This document shows, piece by piece, positions 1-10,764 of a DNA stretch of 32,000 nucleotides (the first letter of the stretch is position 1; every line of letters starts with the position of its first letter). Source of the stretch: Candidatus Saccharimonadota bacterium. GTDB lineage: Bacteria; Pseudomonadota; Gammaproteobacteria; Enterobacterales; Enterobacteriaceae. Below the pieces are notes generated by a model. That model made no database searches, was not told the origin of the DNA, and saw only the letters and a program-made list of their open reading frames with translations. The stretch spans positions 600,001 to 632,000 of the forward strand of contig NZ_CP046533.1 of the NCBI RefSeq assembly GCF_014857065.1, given 5' to 3'. A program made the translations under genes and the position numbers.

Positions 1-1341
<1,341 letters not shown>

Positions 1342-1375
1342 ACAATACCTTAGATATTTTTTAATTTTTAATAGT

Positions 1376-2719
1376 TTAAAGTATTTTATTTATTAAGTAA
1401 TCAAAGTGAATGCGACGTAATCTAATGATTAGTTTTCTTATTTTATCTGGATAATCATCGATATCTTGTATTAAAGTATAATGATTTATATTTTTTGTAT
1501 GTGTTCGTATAAGATTTAATTCATGTGTTGTGTGTTTCTTGAGTTTTTCCTGTGGATCATGTATTAATAATGCATTTTCTAAATCTAGTTTCCATGCTCT
1601 TGGATTGAAATTATTGCCTGTTAATAATTGGTACTTGTTGTCTATCCATATGCCTTTTAAATGGAAACCATTGTCGCTATCTTTCCATAATTTTACCTTC
1701 ATTTGTCCATTATCTAGGTAAAATTGAAATTTATTAATAAAATGTCTTAAGTTTATTTCGTATAGATAAGGTAGTGCGCTAATTATTTTGAATGGTTGAT
1801 TTTCAGGAATAAAAAAATCATTAGCAGTTTTATCTCCAACTATAAGTTCTATTTTTTTCCCTTGTTTCAATACGTTTATCAAATTATGTAATATTGGATT
1901 TGGTAAATTAAAATATGGAGTACATAACGTTAGTTTTGTTTTTGTTGAACATATTAAATGATATATTGTTTTGTTTAGATTATTTTGTTTTCCTAAACCT
2001 ACTAGCGGAGTTATTGCTAATTTATTTCTATCATATTGTTTATTTTGGTACATGTAAGATGTATTTTTCAATGATTTTCTAAGTAGTTTTATTTTATTTT
2101 TGATTTTTAAGACATTAAGTTTTTTTGGTATATCTAATCTGTGGACTGCCGGTGCTTTTATAAGTTGTTGATCAATATAACCCATCATTGTTTTAGCTAA
2201 TAATTTATTTTTGATAACATAATATCTGTCATATCTATATTTCTCTTTTTGATGTAGATATGTGTTATTGAGACTTGCTCCGCTGTAAATTACTAGTTCG
2301 TCTATTATAAGTCCTTTTAGATGTAATACTCCAAATGCTTCACGATTGTGAATTGGTACCCCGTATATTGGTATATCAATATTTGGGTGTGTTTTTGACA
2401 TGTAACGGTACCATTCAATGTTAGTTTTGTTTGTTGTTGTACCTAAACGGCTACGCTGTGCTCTATGCCAATCTACTAAAATTGCGATTTTTAGTTGTGG
2501 TTTGTTTTTTTTTATTTGAAATAGAGTTTCAAGTATTTTATACCCTCCTTGATCTTGTTCTAAGTATAAAGTAACAAGAAAGATATGTTTTTTAGCTTTA
2601 GTTATTGTAGATAATAAAGTATGGTAAAATTCTTTGGGGCTATATAATATTTTTATATTTTTTATTTTTTGGTTAATTCTTGGCAGTTCTATAAGATATT
2701 GTTGATGTTTATTTAACAT
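1376..2719 (-). CDS. pssA: CDP-diacylglycerol--serine O-phosphatidyltransferase (phosphatidylserine synthase)
   Basis: 447-aa ORF, the same length class as E. coli PssA (451 aa). It has two phospholipase-D HKD motifs (HLKGLIID and HLKGIWID). It is convergent with the rRNA gene, as pssA/rrnG are in E. coli. Confidence 0.95.
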   Translation of the reverse strand: MLNKHQQYLIELPRINQKIKNIKILYSPKEFYHTLLSTITKAKKHIFLVTLYLEQDQGGYKILETLFQIKKNKPQLKIAILVDWHRAQRSRLGTTTNKTNIEWYRYMSKTHPNIDIPIYGVPIHNREAFGVLHLKGLIIDELVIYSGASLNNTYLHQKEKYRYDRYYVIKNKLLAKTMMGYIDQQLIKAPAVHRLDIPKKLNVLKIKNKIKLLRKSLKNTSYMYQNKQYDRNKLAITPLVGLGKQNNLNKTIYHLICSTKTKLTLCTPYFNLPNPILHNLINVLKQGKKIELIVGDKTANDFFIPENQPFKIISALPYLYEINLRHFINKFQFYLDNGQMKVKLWKDSDNGFHLKGIWIDNKYQLLTGNNFNPRAWKLDLENALLIHDPQEKLKKHTTHELNLIRTHTKNINHYTLIQDIDDYPDKIRKLIIRLRRIHFDYLINKIL

Positions 2720-3107
2720 AAATTGTTTGGTATTTTATTTGTAATTTTACTATGTTATTACATTTTGATTAATTATTTCAGATTATAAGAACTAAAATAA
2801 TCAAGTAGATTAGAATTATTTATTATTTAAATTAATTAATGAACGAAAAATAAATCAATTAATTTATTTTATATTTTAATTTTATCTATAGCAAGCTAAT
2901 AAAGAAATTTCTATTTCGTCTTTATATTTAAATATAAAATTATATTTAAAATTAATTAAATTTATGTTTTAAATAGTTATTATCTAATATTTAATCTGGA
3001 ATAAGGAATTCTATTTTATGGTTGTTAATTTATATAATTATTTTTGTTGAATAGAATATATTTAATTATTTTAAAGTTTGAGTTTTATTTTATTTTTGAT
3101 TTCGACA

Positions 3108-3437
3108 TTAATGACCGGAAGATTCAGAAAATATATTTATTAGTATAATTCCTATTATAATTAAAGCTATTCCTATAATTGCAAATCCATCTAATTTTTG
3201 ATCATAAAAGATGTAACCTGTTATCGTAATAAGTACTATCCCTAATCCTGCCCAACTTGAATAAGTAATACTTATGGGTAAAGTTTTTAATACTAATGAA
3301 AGTAAAATGAAAGATATAATGTAACCAATTATTACTATAATGGAAGGAAGTAATTTACTGAATCCTGCTGAAGCTTTAAGTGACACAGTAGCTATTACTT
3401 CTGAAAGAATAGCAATAAATAAATATAGATAAGTCAT
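3108..3437 (-). CDS. emrE: Small multidrug resistance (SMR) family transporter, EmrE/Qac-like
   Basis: 109 aa with four hydrophobic segments. About 45% of positions match my recollection of E. coli EmrE, including AILSEVI (the essential membrane-embedded Glu), GF..L.PS, Y..W.G.GIVLI, Q.LD..AIIG and the C-terminal His. It fits EmrE better than SugE/Gdx or MdtI/J. The gene symbol is tentative. Confidence 0.8.
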   Translation of the reverse strand: MTYLYLFIAILSEVIATVSLKASAGFSKLLPSIIVIIGYIISFILLSLVLKTLPISITYSSWAGLGIVLITITGYIFYDQKLDGFAIIGIALIIIGIILINIFSESSGH

Positions 3438-3757
3438 AAAAATAGATTCTAAAATTTTAATTTATCAGGGAACAATTTTTAAGGATAAAGTTCAAAAATT
3501 GGTTTTTTTGTGGGAATGTTTTTATTAATTGGAGGATCATGTGTTAAGTATATTTTTGAATTGTTTAAAGATTTATATTAGTATATATGATGTGTTTTTG
3601 TTTTGAATTTTTATAATGTGATGACATTTGATTTCCTTGAGTTTTATAAGAATTTCATTCTGATTTAAGATTTATTTAATTTGAAAATGTAAAGAGAGTG
3701 GGATTAAATATTATCTATTACAAGCTTTTAAAGTAAACGTAACGAAAATAACTCATT

Positions 3758-4140
3758 TGGAGTTGGCGGGATTCGAACCCGCGTCCGAAGAATTCTAGGA
3801 TTTATGGATCCTACATGCTTAGTTCAGTTAGAATTTCACCGATAGCAAAACTAAACAAACTGTCGATCAGTTTACCCTGAATTAAATCAAGATTACCACA
3901 ATTCAGGGATGTGATAACTTTTCTCTAATTTTTGATTAACTTCTTATAAATTTCTAATCTTAAGAGAACAAGATCAGAGAGAGAAGGAACCTTCAGTTTT
4001 ATCTGATTAAGCTGCTAGTGCAACAGGTTCATGTTTAACATTATTTGCAACTTTACTTTAAGGTTTTTTTACGAGGCCAACCTTACCTCGGCATGCACCT
4101 CAAAATCTTATTTATACTTCGTCTAATCCAAGTCAACCCC
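3758..4140 (-). ncRNA. ssrA: tmRNA (SsrA), ~383 nt
   Basis: The reverse complement reads GGGGTTGACTTGGATTAGACG...GGTGCATGCCGAGG..TTGGCCTCGTAAAAA...GGACGCGGGTTCGAATCCCGCCAACTCCA. The acceptor stem GGGGUUG/CAACUCC keeps the G3:U pair needed for alanine charging. The tag frame (4048..4007, minus strand) is GCA AAT AAT GTT AAA CAT GAA CCT GTT GCA CTA GCA GCT TAA, giving ANNVKHEPVALAA. It lies directly downstream of smpB, as in E. coli. It is the only GC-rich island in non-coding sequence. Confidence 0.95.
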
Positions 4141-4206
4141 ACATAATTCAAGCAATGATAACATAAATTTTAAAAAAAACAATATATTTAATATTATTAA
4201 TGTATT

Positions 4207-4662
4207 TTATAATGTATGTTTTTTTATTTTCCATTCTTTGTCTTTAATTTTATTCCTTTTGTCATACTTTTTTCTTTTGACTATTCCAATATTAAGTTTT
4301 AACCAAGTATTTTTCCAATATAAATCTAATGGAATTGCTTTGTATTCTTTGCATTGTATTTTGTTGAATAGTAAACAAAGTTGGTTTTTTTTTAGTAAGA
4401 TTTTGCGATTTCGTAGAGAATTATACTCTGAGCTTGAAGAATTATAATATTTTGCTGATGTTCCGAAATTTGCAGCAGAGAGATAAGCTTCTTTATTCTT
4501 AAAAGTAATATATCCATTATCAATGACAATGTTTTTATTTCTTGCTGATTTAACTTCCCATCCTAATAATGATAGTCCAGCTTCTATTTCTTGTTCGATA
4601 TAATATTTAAATCTAGCTTTTTTGTTTCTTATTATATTATTTATTTCTTTTTTGTATGACAT
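4207..4662 (-). CDS. smpB: SsrA-binding protein SmpB
   Basis: 151 aa, collinear with E. coli SmpB (NKKARF.Y.IE...EAGL.L.GWEVKS, LYWKN.W.K..IG..K.KK..DKR). It is adjacent to ssrA. Confidence 0.95.
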   Translation of the reverse strand: MSYKKEINNIIRNKKARFKYYIEQEIEAGLSLLGWEVKSARNKNIVIDNGYITFKNKEAYLSAANFGTSAKYYNSSSSEYNSLRNRKILLKKNQLCLLFNKIQCKEYKAIPLDLYWKNTWLKLNIGIVKRKKYDKRNKIKDKEWKIKKHTL

Positions 4663-4750
4663 ATGATTTCATCTTGAATGTTTAAAATAAGTTGTGTATT
4701 CTAATACTAGTTGATGATTGTATCAGATTATTTCGTTTATTTTTAAAAAT

Positions 4751-5185
4751 ATGTTTGTTTTTGATCGTTCTTTATGTGTTCCTTATAGAGTAGATCAGAT
4801 GTTTGAGCTAGTGAATGATATTGCTTCTTACTCAAAGTTTATTACAGGATGTATTTCAAGTAAAATTTTAGAAAGGTATTTTGGTGAGTTAATTGCTGAA
4901 ATGAGTATTCGTAAATTTGGGATAAGTGTTGTGTTAATTACTCGTAATATTATAACGGAAGATAAGAGTATTATTTTGCAATTAGTATCTGGTCCTTTTA
5001 GATATTTATTTGGTTATTGGTGTTTTTCCCCGATGGATAAGGATCATAGTATAGTAAGGTTGTATCTTAAATTTGAATTTTCTACCAAAATTTTTGGTGT
5101 ATCTTATAATTTTCTCTTAAAAGAGAAAATTAGTGATATTGTCGAATCGTTCTTACGTAGAGCTGAAGTGATTTATGATAGATAA
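4751..5185 (+). CDS. ratA: SRPBCC/START-fold protein RatA (YfjG/PasT family)
   Basis: Matches E. coli RatA (..VPY...QM..LVND...Y..F...C..S.IL.....GPF..L.G.W.F.P). The ORF opens at TTG 4718, but the ATG at 4751 aligns with the E. coli N-terminus. The syntenic position between smpB and bamE is kept. Confidence 0.8.
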   Translation: MFVFDRSLCVPYRVDQMFELVNDIASYSKFITGCISSKILERYFGELIAEMSIRKFGISVVLITRNIITEDKSIILQLVSGPFRYLFGYWCFSPMDKDHSIVRLYLKFEFSTKIFGVSYNFLLKEKISDIVESFLRRAEVIYDR

Positions 5186-5326
5186 TTTCCTTTTTATATT
5201 TTGTGTTTTTTGTAGTGTTGTTCTTAATTAGTTTGGTTTATATGGAGGATTTTGGTATTATCAGTTTAATTAGTAGTTTTTGTAAAGTTTTTTAAAATAT
5301 TGAGTTATACTGTACTTTGTATTATT

Positions 5327-5662
5327 TTAGTTATTGTTTTGTTTGTGGTTGACGTTTATTAAAATGTTATTTTCATTAAATGAAAGAATGAGACTTTGTT
5401 TTATTATTTTATTATTTTTGTTTATCTTATAATAAATATAATATAGGTTATTTGAGTTAAATGTATTTGTTAATATTGGATTTCCTAATAAATTGATTAT
5501 TTGTTGTTTGCTTTGTCCTATTTTAATTTTTTTAATATCATGTGAATTTAAGTAATTGCCTTGATTGATTTCAGGTTTAGTTATGATTGTCATTAAATTT
5601 GAGCATCCAGATAATAAAATTATTAGAATTATTATTTTTTTAAAAACAATATTGATGTTCAT
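5327..5662 (-). CDS. bamE: Outer-membrane protein assembly factor BamE (SmpA), lipoprotein
   Basis: 111 aa with a signal peptide and canonical lipobox LLSGC. It also has an INQGNYL motif and sits in the syntenic position. Confidence 0.85.
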   Translation of the reverse strand: MNINIVFKKIIILIILLSGCSNLMTIITKPEINQGNYLNSHDIKKIKIGQSKQQIINLLGNPILTNTFNSNNLYYIYYKINKNNKIIKQSLILSFNENNILINVNHKQNNN

Positions 5663-5977
5663 TATTTAATTTTTATTTAATAAGTTTTAGTAATTTTTAA
5701 AGTAACATATTTTGGAAAATACATATTTGATTTATATCATTTGATTTGTTTATTTGTGTTTATTTTAAGCTTGAATGTAATATTCTTATTTTTCATTTCT
5801 AAATTTTAGTTAATTTAAATAAATGGTATAAATTGTTTCTATTCTAACTAAATTATCGTATTATAACAATGTTTTATTATAGATTGAAGCTAAGATAAGT
5901 TTGAAGTTCTTTGATTTAATAGCATATTTTAAAGAAAATAGTTTTGGTTTTTTAATTTTTAATTTTGAATTTTTGAG

Positions 5978-6850
5978 TTATTTTTTTGACCAGCCCAATT
6001 TGAGGTTTAATTTTTTAAAATAATTATAACTGTTAGGATGAATTAAATTAAGATAATAATTACTACGTTTTATATAAATTTCATTTTTATTATTTATAGA
6101 AATTGGAATTTGATTGTCACAATGTATTTTTAAATTTTCATTTAATTGAGAGAACTGTAATTTTATAGTATCATTACTATTGATTATAATTGGACGAGCT
6201 GATAGTGTATGCGGTAGTACTGGAACTAAAATAATGGCGTCTACTGTTGGACTTAGTATAGGTCCTCCTGCGGATAGTGCATATGCAGTAGATCCAGTTG
6301 GGGTAGCTATAATTAAGCCGTCAGAATTTTGAGCAAAAGTAAAATTATTATTTATATATACTTTAAATTTAATCATATGTGACATTTTTTCTGAATGCAA
6401 AAATACCTCGTTCATAGCAAAAACTCTTTTGTTACATGCATTGTGTTTATATATTTCTGCTTTTAATAAAAAACGTTTTTCACTTAAGAAGTTTCCTTTT
6501 AGGATATGTGCTAATTCTTTTAGTGCAGAGGGAGGGTCTAGATCCGTCAAAAATCCAAGATTTCCTCTATTTATTCCAATTACTTTAATATCAAAATGTG
6601 CTAATACATTAGCAGCTCTAAGCATGTTACCATCTCCACCGATTATAATAGCTAAATCAGCTTTTTTAGCTATGTCAGTCAAATTTCCAATTTGAACTTT
6701 TTTGATACTAAGAAAAGAGGCTGTTTCTTTTTCTATAATTACGGATATTCCTCTTTTTTTTAACCAATTATATAATGTTTTGTGTGTTATTAGATTACTT
6801 CGATGTTGAGAACATCCTATAATACCGATTGTGCGGAAAGCATAATTCAT
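5978..6850 (-). CDS. nadK: NAD kinase
   Basis: 290 aa, collinear with E. coli NadK. Motifs GGDGNML, NRGNLGFLTDL and TPTGSTAY.LSAGGPI are present, and the C-terminus is KLGWSKK. It is divergent from grpE, as in E. coli. Confidence 0.96.
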   Translation of the reverse strand: MNYAFRTIGIIGCSQHRSNLITHKTLYNWLKKRGISVIIEKETASFLSIKKVQIGNLTDIAKKADLAIIIGGDGNMLRAANVLAHFDIKVIGINRGNLGFLTDLDPPSALKELAHILKGNFLSEKRFLLKAEIYKHNACNKRVFAMNEVFLHSEKMSHMIKFKVYINNNFTFAQNSDGLIIATPTGSTAYALSAGGPILSPTVDAIILVPVLPHTLSARPIIINSNDTIKLQFSQLNENLKIHCDNQIPISINNKNEIYIKRSNYYLNLIHPNSYNYFKKLNLKLGWSKK

Positions 6851-6903
6851 TTTGTTAGTAGCCCTTAGCAGCTTTTGTGAATTTTATCAGCTTATTATTA
6901 TCT

Positions 6904-6932
6904 CTTGAATCCTTTATTTTTTACTCCATAAT
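6904..6932 (+). promoter_or_regulatory. Putative sigma-32 (heat-shock) promoter of grpE
   Basis: The sequence tcTCTTGAAt (CTTGAA 6904-6909), a 14-nt spacer, then CTCCATAAT (6924-6932) resembles the sigma-32 consensus CTTGAA-N13-17-CCCCATnT. It lies about 45 nt upstream of the grpE ATG, and an AAGGAG Shine-Dalgarno sits at 6962-6967. This is motif-level evidence only. Confidence 0.45.
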
Positions 6933-6976
6933 AACTAAAATAGTGATAAATTGCTGAAATTAAGGAGAAATACATA

Positions 6977-7561
6977 ATGAATAATAAAGATCAAAATGTT
7001 TTAGACGATCTTGATTTGCAAAAGAATGATATAGAGAAAGATAATAAAAATATGATAGAGAGTTGTAAATCCACAGATGATATTTTGGATCTACAAAAAG
7101 AGAAGATAATAAACTTAAAAAAAGAATTATTACAAATACAAGAGCGTGAACATGATTCTTTGTTAAGAGCTCAAGCTGAGATAGAAAATATTCGTCGCCG
7201 TAGTGAACAGAATATAGAAAAAGCTCATAAGTTTGCTTTAGAATTTTTTATAAGCGAACTTTTACCAGTAATTGATAATTTGGAACGTACATTAGAAATG
7301 TTAGATAAATCTAATGATAGTCTTGCAGCTATTATCAAAGGTATTCAATTAACTTATAAATCTTTTTTAGATGTTATGTATAAGTTTGGTATTAAGATTA
7401 TTGATGATGTTAATGTCCCGTTTGATCCAGAATTGCATCAAGCGATGTCTATTTCTGAATCTGATAAATTTGATTCTAATAAGGTAATTACAGTTATACA
7501 AAAAGGCTATCGTCTTCATGAAAGGTTGATTCGTCCCGCAATGGTTATAGTATCTAAATAA
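6977..7561 (+). CDS. grpE: Nucleotide exchange factor GrpE
   Basis: 194 aa. Shows the typical GrpE coiled-coil plus RAQAE.EN.RRR, F.LE.LLPV.DNLERTL and the C-terminal KGY.L..R..RPAMV.VSK. Confidence 0.96.
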   Translation: MNNKDQNVLDDLDLQKNDIEKDNKNMIESCKSTDDILDLQKEKIINLKKELLQIQEREHDSLLRAQAEIENIRRRSEQNIEKAHKFALEFFISELLPVIDNLERTLEMLDKSNDSLAAIIKGIQLTYKSFLDVMYKFGIKIIDDVNVPFDPELHQAMSISESDKFDSNKVITVIQKGYRLHERLIRPAMVIVSK

Positions 7562-7764
7562 AAATTTGGTTACTTTAGGTTGTTTGGGCATTAAGAATGT
7601 ATCTAATGATGGAAGTAGTATTATGTTTTAATTTTGTTTTAAAATATATGTATATTTAATTATTGAATTTTTTAAAGTATTTTATTTTGATATGTTTTAT
7701 TTTAGGGCGTTGCGTATGTAATGTTTATAGAATTTTAAATTTTAAGTTAACATAATATTATAGA

Positions 7765-8433
7765 TTAAAGTTGCCAATTTATGGGTTTAGACGTATTTTT
7801 AGATAACAATCCATTAGTTTTAGAAAAGTGTTGACATCCAAAGAAGCCTAAATTAGCTGATAATGGCGAGGGGTGTGATGTTTCTAAGATATAGTGTTTA
7901 TTTTGATCGATTATGTTTCTTTTTCTTCTTGCATATGCACCCCAAAGGAGAAATATGGTTTTTGTGCGATATAAATTAATTAATTTTACGACTTTGTTTG
8001 TAAAAATTTCCCAGCCTAAATTAGAATGAGAACCGGCCTTTCCTTGTTCGACGGTTAAGATACAATTTAGTAGGAACACTCCTTGTAAAGCCCAATTTTG
8101 TAAACATCCATGATTAGGTATTTTAAAATCAGGAATATCCGATAGGAGTTCTTTATATATATTTATAAGCGTGGGAGGTATGTTAATTCCTGGTGGCACG
8201 GAGAAGCAAAAACCATGTGCTTGTTTTGGTTGATGATAAGGATCTTGTCCAATTATTACTACTTTAATTTTGTTAAAGGCAGTATAACGAAATGCGTTAA
8301 ATATATCTTTTTTATCTGGATAAATAGTTTTCCCTTCAGATTTTTGTTTTTTTAAATATTTAAAAATATTTTGAAAATATATTAGTTTTTTTTCTTGTTC
8401 AAATAAACTTTCCCAGGTAATACATTTAGTCAT
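7765..8433 (-). CDS. ung: Uracil-DNA glycosylase
   Basis: 222 aa. Family-1 UDG motifs GQDPYH, FLLN..LTV and HPSPLSA are intact. Confidence 0.96.
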   Translation of the reverse strand: MTKCITWESLFEQEKKLIYFQNIFKYLKKQKSEGKTIYPDKKDIFNAFRYTAFNKIKVVIIGQDPYHQPKQAHGFCFSVPPGINIPPTLINIYKELLSDIPDFKIPNHGCLQNWALQGVFLLNCILTVEQGKAGSHSNLGWEIFTNKVVKLINLYRTKTIFLLWGAYARRKRNIIDQNKHYILETSHPSPLSANLGFFGCQHFSKTNGLLSKNTSKPINWQL

Positions 8434-8879
8434 ATAGGTATTAGTAGATCTAAAAGAAATAATTATTTAAGATTTAATGATCATATCATGAGTTATTGAA
8501 TATAAAGCATATATGAATTTTAATAAAATAAGAATACTTTATTTTAGTTTAAATTATTATTATATAAATTTAATTATTTTTGATTATTCTAGTATTTGAA
8601 GATGAAATTATATTTGATAATTGTACTACTTTAGATGTCAGCTTATTTTTTATTTTGATATTTAAGCGTGCAACATTACTTTCTGGTATTATAGTATAAA
8701 ATGTTATTTATTAAAACATTCATTGTTTTAATAAAGTATGTGAAGTTTGGTATTCTCAAATTTACAGTTGTTAATATTTTACATAGTATACAAGATACTA
8801 TTTTGTTGAATAAGCATTTGTATTTGAACTTATTATTATTTTTTTGTTAAAATTACTAATTTAATAATTGTGTTATTTA

Positions 8880-8908
8880 TTGAATTTTTATTTAGTTATT
8901 AAGATAAT
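8880..8908 (+). promoter_or_regulatory. Candidate sigma-70 promoter for lepA
   Basis: TTGAAT (8880-8885), a 17-nt spacer, then GATAAT (8903-8908), about 30 nt upstream of the lepA ATG. Such matches arise easily by chance in AT-rich DNA. Confidence 0.3.
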
Positions 8909-8940
8909 ATTCGTGAGCTTTAAATAAAATAAATTTAATA

Positions 8941-10746
8941 ATGAATAATATACGTAATTTTTCTATTATTGCTCATGTTGATCATGGAAAATCAACATTG
9001 TCGGATCGTTTGATTCAAATCTGTGGTGGTTTAGATTATCGTGAAATGGGATCTCAGGTTCTTGATTCTATGGAGTTAGAAAGAGAACGTGGTATTACTA
9101 TTAAAGCCCAAAGTGTTACCTTACATTATAGATCTTTTAACGGAGAACTTTATCAGTTAAATTTTATTGATACTCCTGGGCATGTTGATTTTTCTTACGA
9201 AGTTTCTCGTTCTTTAGCTGCTTGTGAAGGTGTTTTATTGGTAATAGATACAACTCAGGGAATAGGAGCTCAAACTATTTCACATTTTCGTGTTGCTCAA
9301 TCTATGAATTTAGAAATTATTTTAGTTTTAAATAAAATTGATTTGCCGATAGCTAATCCAGATTTTGTATTACAAGATGTAAAGAATATTTTAAATATTG
9401 ATAATAAAAATGCGATCCTATGTTCTGCAAAGACTGGTTTTGGAATTTTAGAATTATTAGAGCATCTAGTATTAAAAATTCCCCCTCCAAAGGGTAAGAT
9501 TGCTAATCCATTGCAGGCATTAATTATTGATTCTTGGTTTGATAATTATTTAGGAGTTGTTTGTTTGATTTGCGTTAAAAATGGTATTTTACGTTTAGGT
9601 GATAAAATCAAATCAATGGGTACAGGAAAAAATTATTTTGTTAATCAATTAGGTATATTTACTCCTAAAAAAATTAATTGCAAAGTATTATCTTGTGGTG
9701 AAGTAGGATGGTTGGTATGTGCGATTAAAGACATAACTAATATTCCTGTTGGAGATACTTTAACTTTGTTTTCTCACCCATCATCACAATCATTATGTAG
9801 TTTCAAAAAAATAAAACCTCATGTATATGCTACCATTTTTTCTCTTAATTTAAATTCTTATAAATTTTTTCGTGATGCTTTAGTCAAATTAAGTTTGAAT
9901 GATGCTTCTTTATCTTATGAACCTGTAGTGTCTTCAATTTTTGGTGGAGGTTTTAGATGTGGTTTTCTTGGTTTATTACATATGGATATTGTTAAGGAAC
10001 GATTAGAACGAGAGTATGCTCTAAATATCATTATTACAGTTCCTACAGTTAATTATGAAATTTTAACTACTTCTGATGAAATAGTTTATATAGATAATCC
10101 TTCAAAATTGTTACATATCAATCCATATATTAAAGAAATACGAGAACCTATTGTTGAATGTAGTATTTTATTGCCTAAACAATTTTTTGGAAATATCTCA
10201 TCTATATGTGCAAAAAATAGGGGAGTACAAAGAAATATCACTTATCATGGTAACTATGTTAATTTTATTTATGATATACCTATGATTGAAGTATTACTTA
10301 ATTTATTTGATCAAATTAAGTCCGAATCACGTGGTTATGCCTCTTTTGAATATGAGTTTAAATGTTTTTCTCCTGCGGATATAGTATGCGTTAAATTTTT
10401 AATTAATAAAGTTTGTATTGATGAATTATCATTAATTATTCACAGAAAATTTGTTGTTTATCGTTGTCGGGAATTGATTAATAAATTGAAGAAATTGATA
10501 CCTCGTCAACAATTTGTTGTTGTTATTCAAGCAATTATTGGTAAACGCGTTCTTGTCAGTTCTACTATTAAACAATTACGTAAGGATGTAACGGAAAAAT
10601 GTTATGGAGGCGGGGATATAGATAGAAAGAAAAAGTTATTACAAAAACAAAAAAAAGGTAAAAGATATATGAAAAAATTAGGTAATATTGTACTGCCAAA
10701 GAGTGTTTTTTCAGCCATTTTTGATATTAAAAATAGCAAATACTAA
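8941..10746 (+). CDS. lepA: Translation elongation factor 4 (LepA)
   Basis: 601 aa. GTPase motifs [17 protein letters not shown] and NKID are present. The LepA-specific C-terminal domain is present ([18 protein letters not shown]). Confidence 0.97.
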   Translation: MNNIRNFSIIAHVDHGKSTLSDRLIQICGGLDYREMGSQVLDSMELERERGITIKAQSVTLHYRSFNGELYQLNFIDTPGHVDFSYEVSRSLAACEGVLLVIDTTQGIGAQTISHFRVAQSMNLEIILVLNKIDLPIANPDFVLQDVKNILNIDNKNAILCSAKTGFGILELLEHLVLKIPPPKGKIANPLQALIIDSWFDNYLGVVCLICVKNGILRLGDKIKSMGTGKNYFVNQLGIFTPKKINCKVLSCGEVGWLVCAIKDITNIPVGDTLTLFSHPSSQSLCSFKKIKPHVYATIFSLNLNSYKFFRDALVKLSLNDASLSYEPVVSSIFGGGFRCGFLGLLHMDIVKERLEREYALNIIITVPTVNYEILTTSDEIVYIDNPSKLLHINPYIKEIREPIVECSILLPKQFFGNISSICAKNRGVQRNITYHGNYVNFIYDIPMIEVLLNLFDQIKSESRGYASFEYEFKCFSPADIVCVKFLINKVCIDELSLIIHRKFVVYRCRELINKLKKLIPRQQFVVVIQAIIGKRVLVSSTIKQLRKDVTEKCYGGGDIDRKKKLLQKQKKGKRYMKKLGNIVLPKSVFSAIFDIKNSKY

Positions 10747-10764
10747 ATATTTATAAAAGATATT

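Noticed and set aside
3438-3560. Possible guanidine or other riboswitch leader upstream of the SMR gene, since SMR genes are often riboswitch-controlled.
   Set aside because: The reverse complement of the 5' region shows no ACGR-loop hairpin pair or ykkC-like conserved core, only AT-rich sequence. The protein is also EmrE-like rather than Gdx-like. A covariance-model scan would be the definitive check.
8707-8735. 12-bp perfect inverted repeat TTTATTAAAACA-TTCAT-TGTTTTAATAAA in the ung/lepA spacer. Similar 10-bp A/T dyads occur at ~2833-2871 and ~19717-19751.
   Set aside because: They are almost entirely A/T. By rough estimate, one or more such repeats are expected by chance in ~5 kb of spacer that is over 80% AT. 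None has terminator-like U-tracts in a convincing position.
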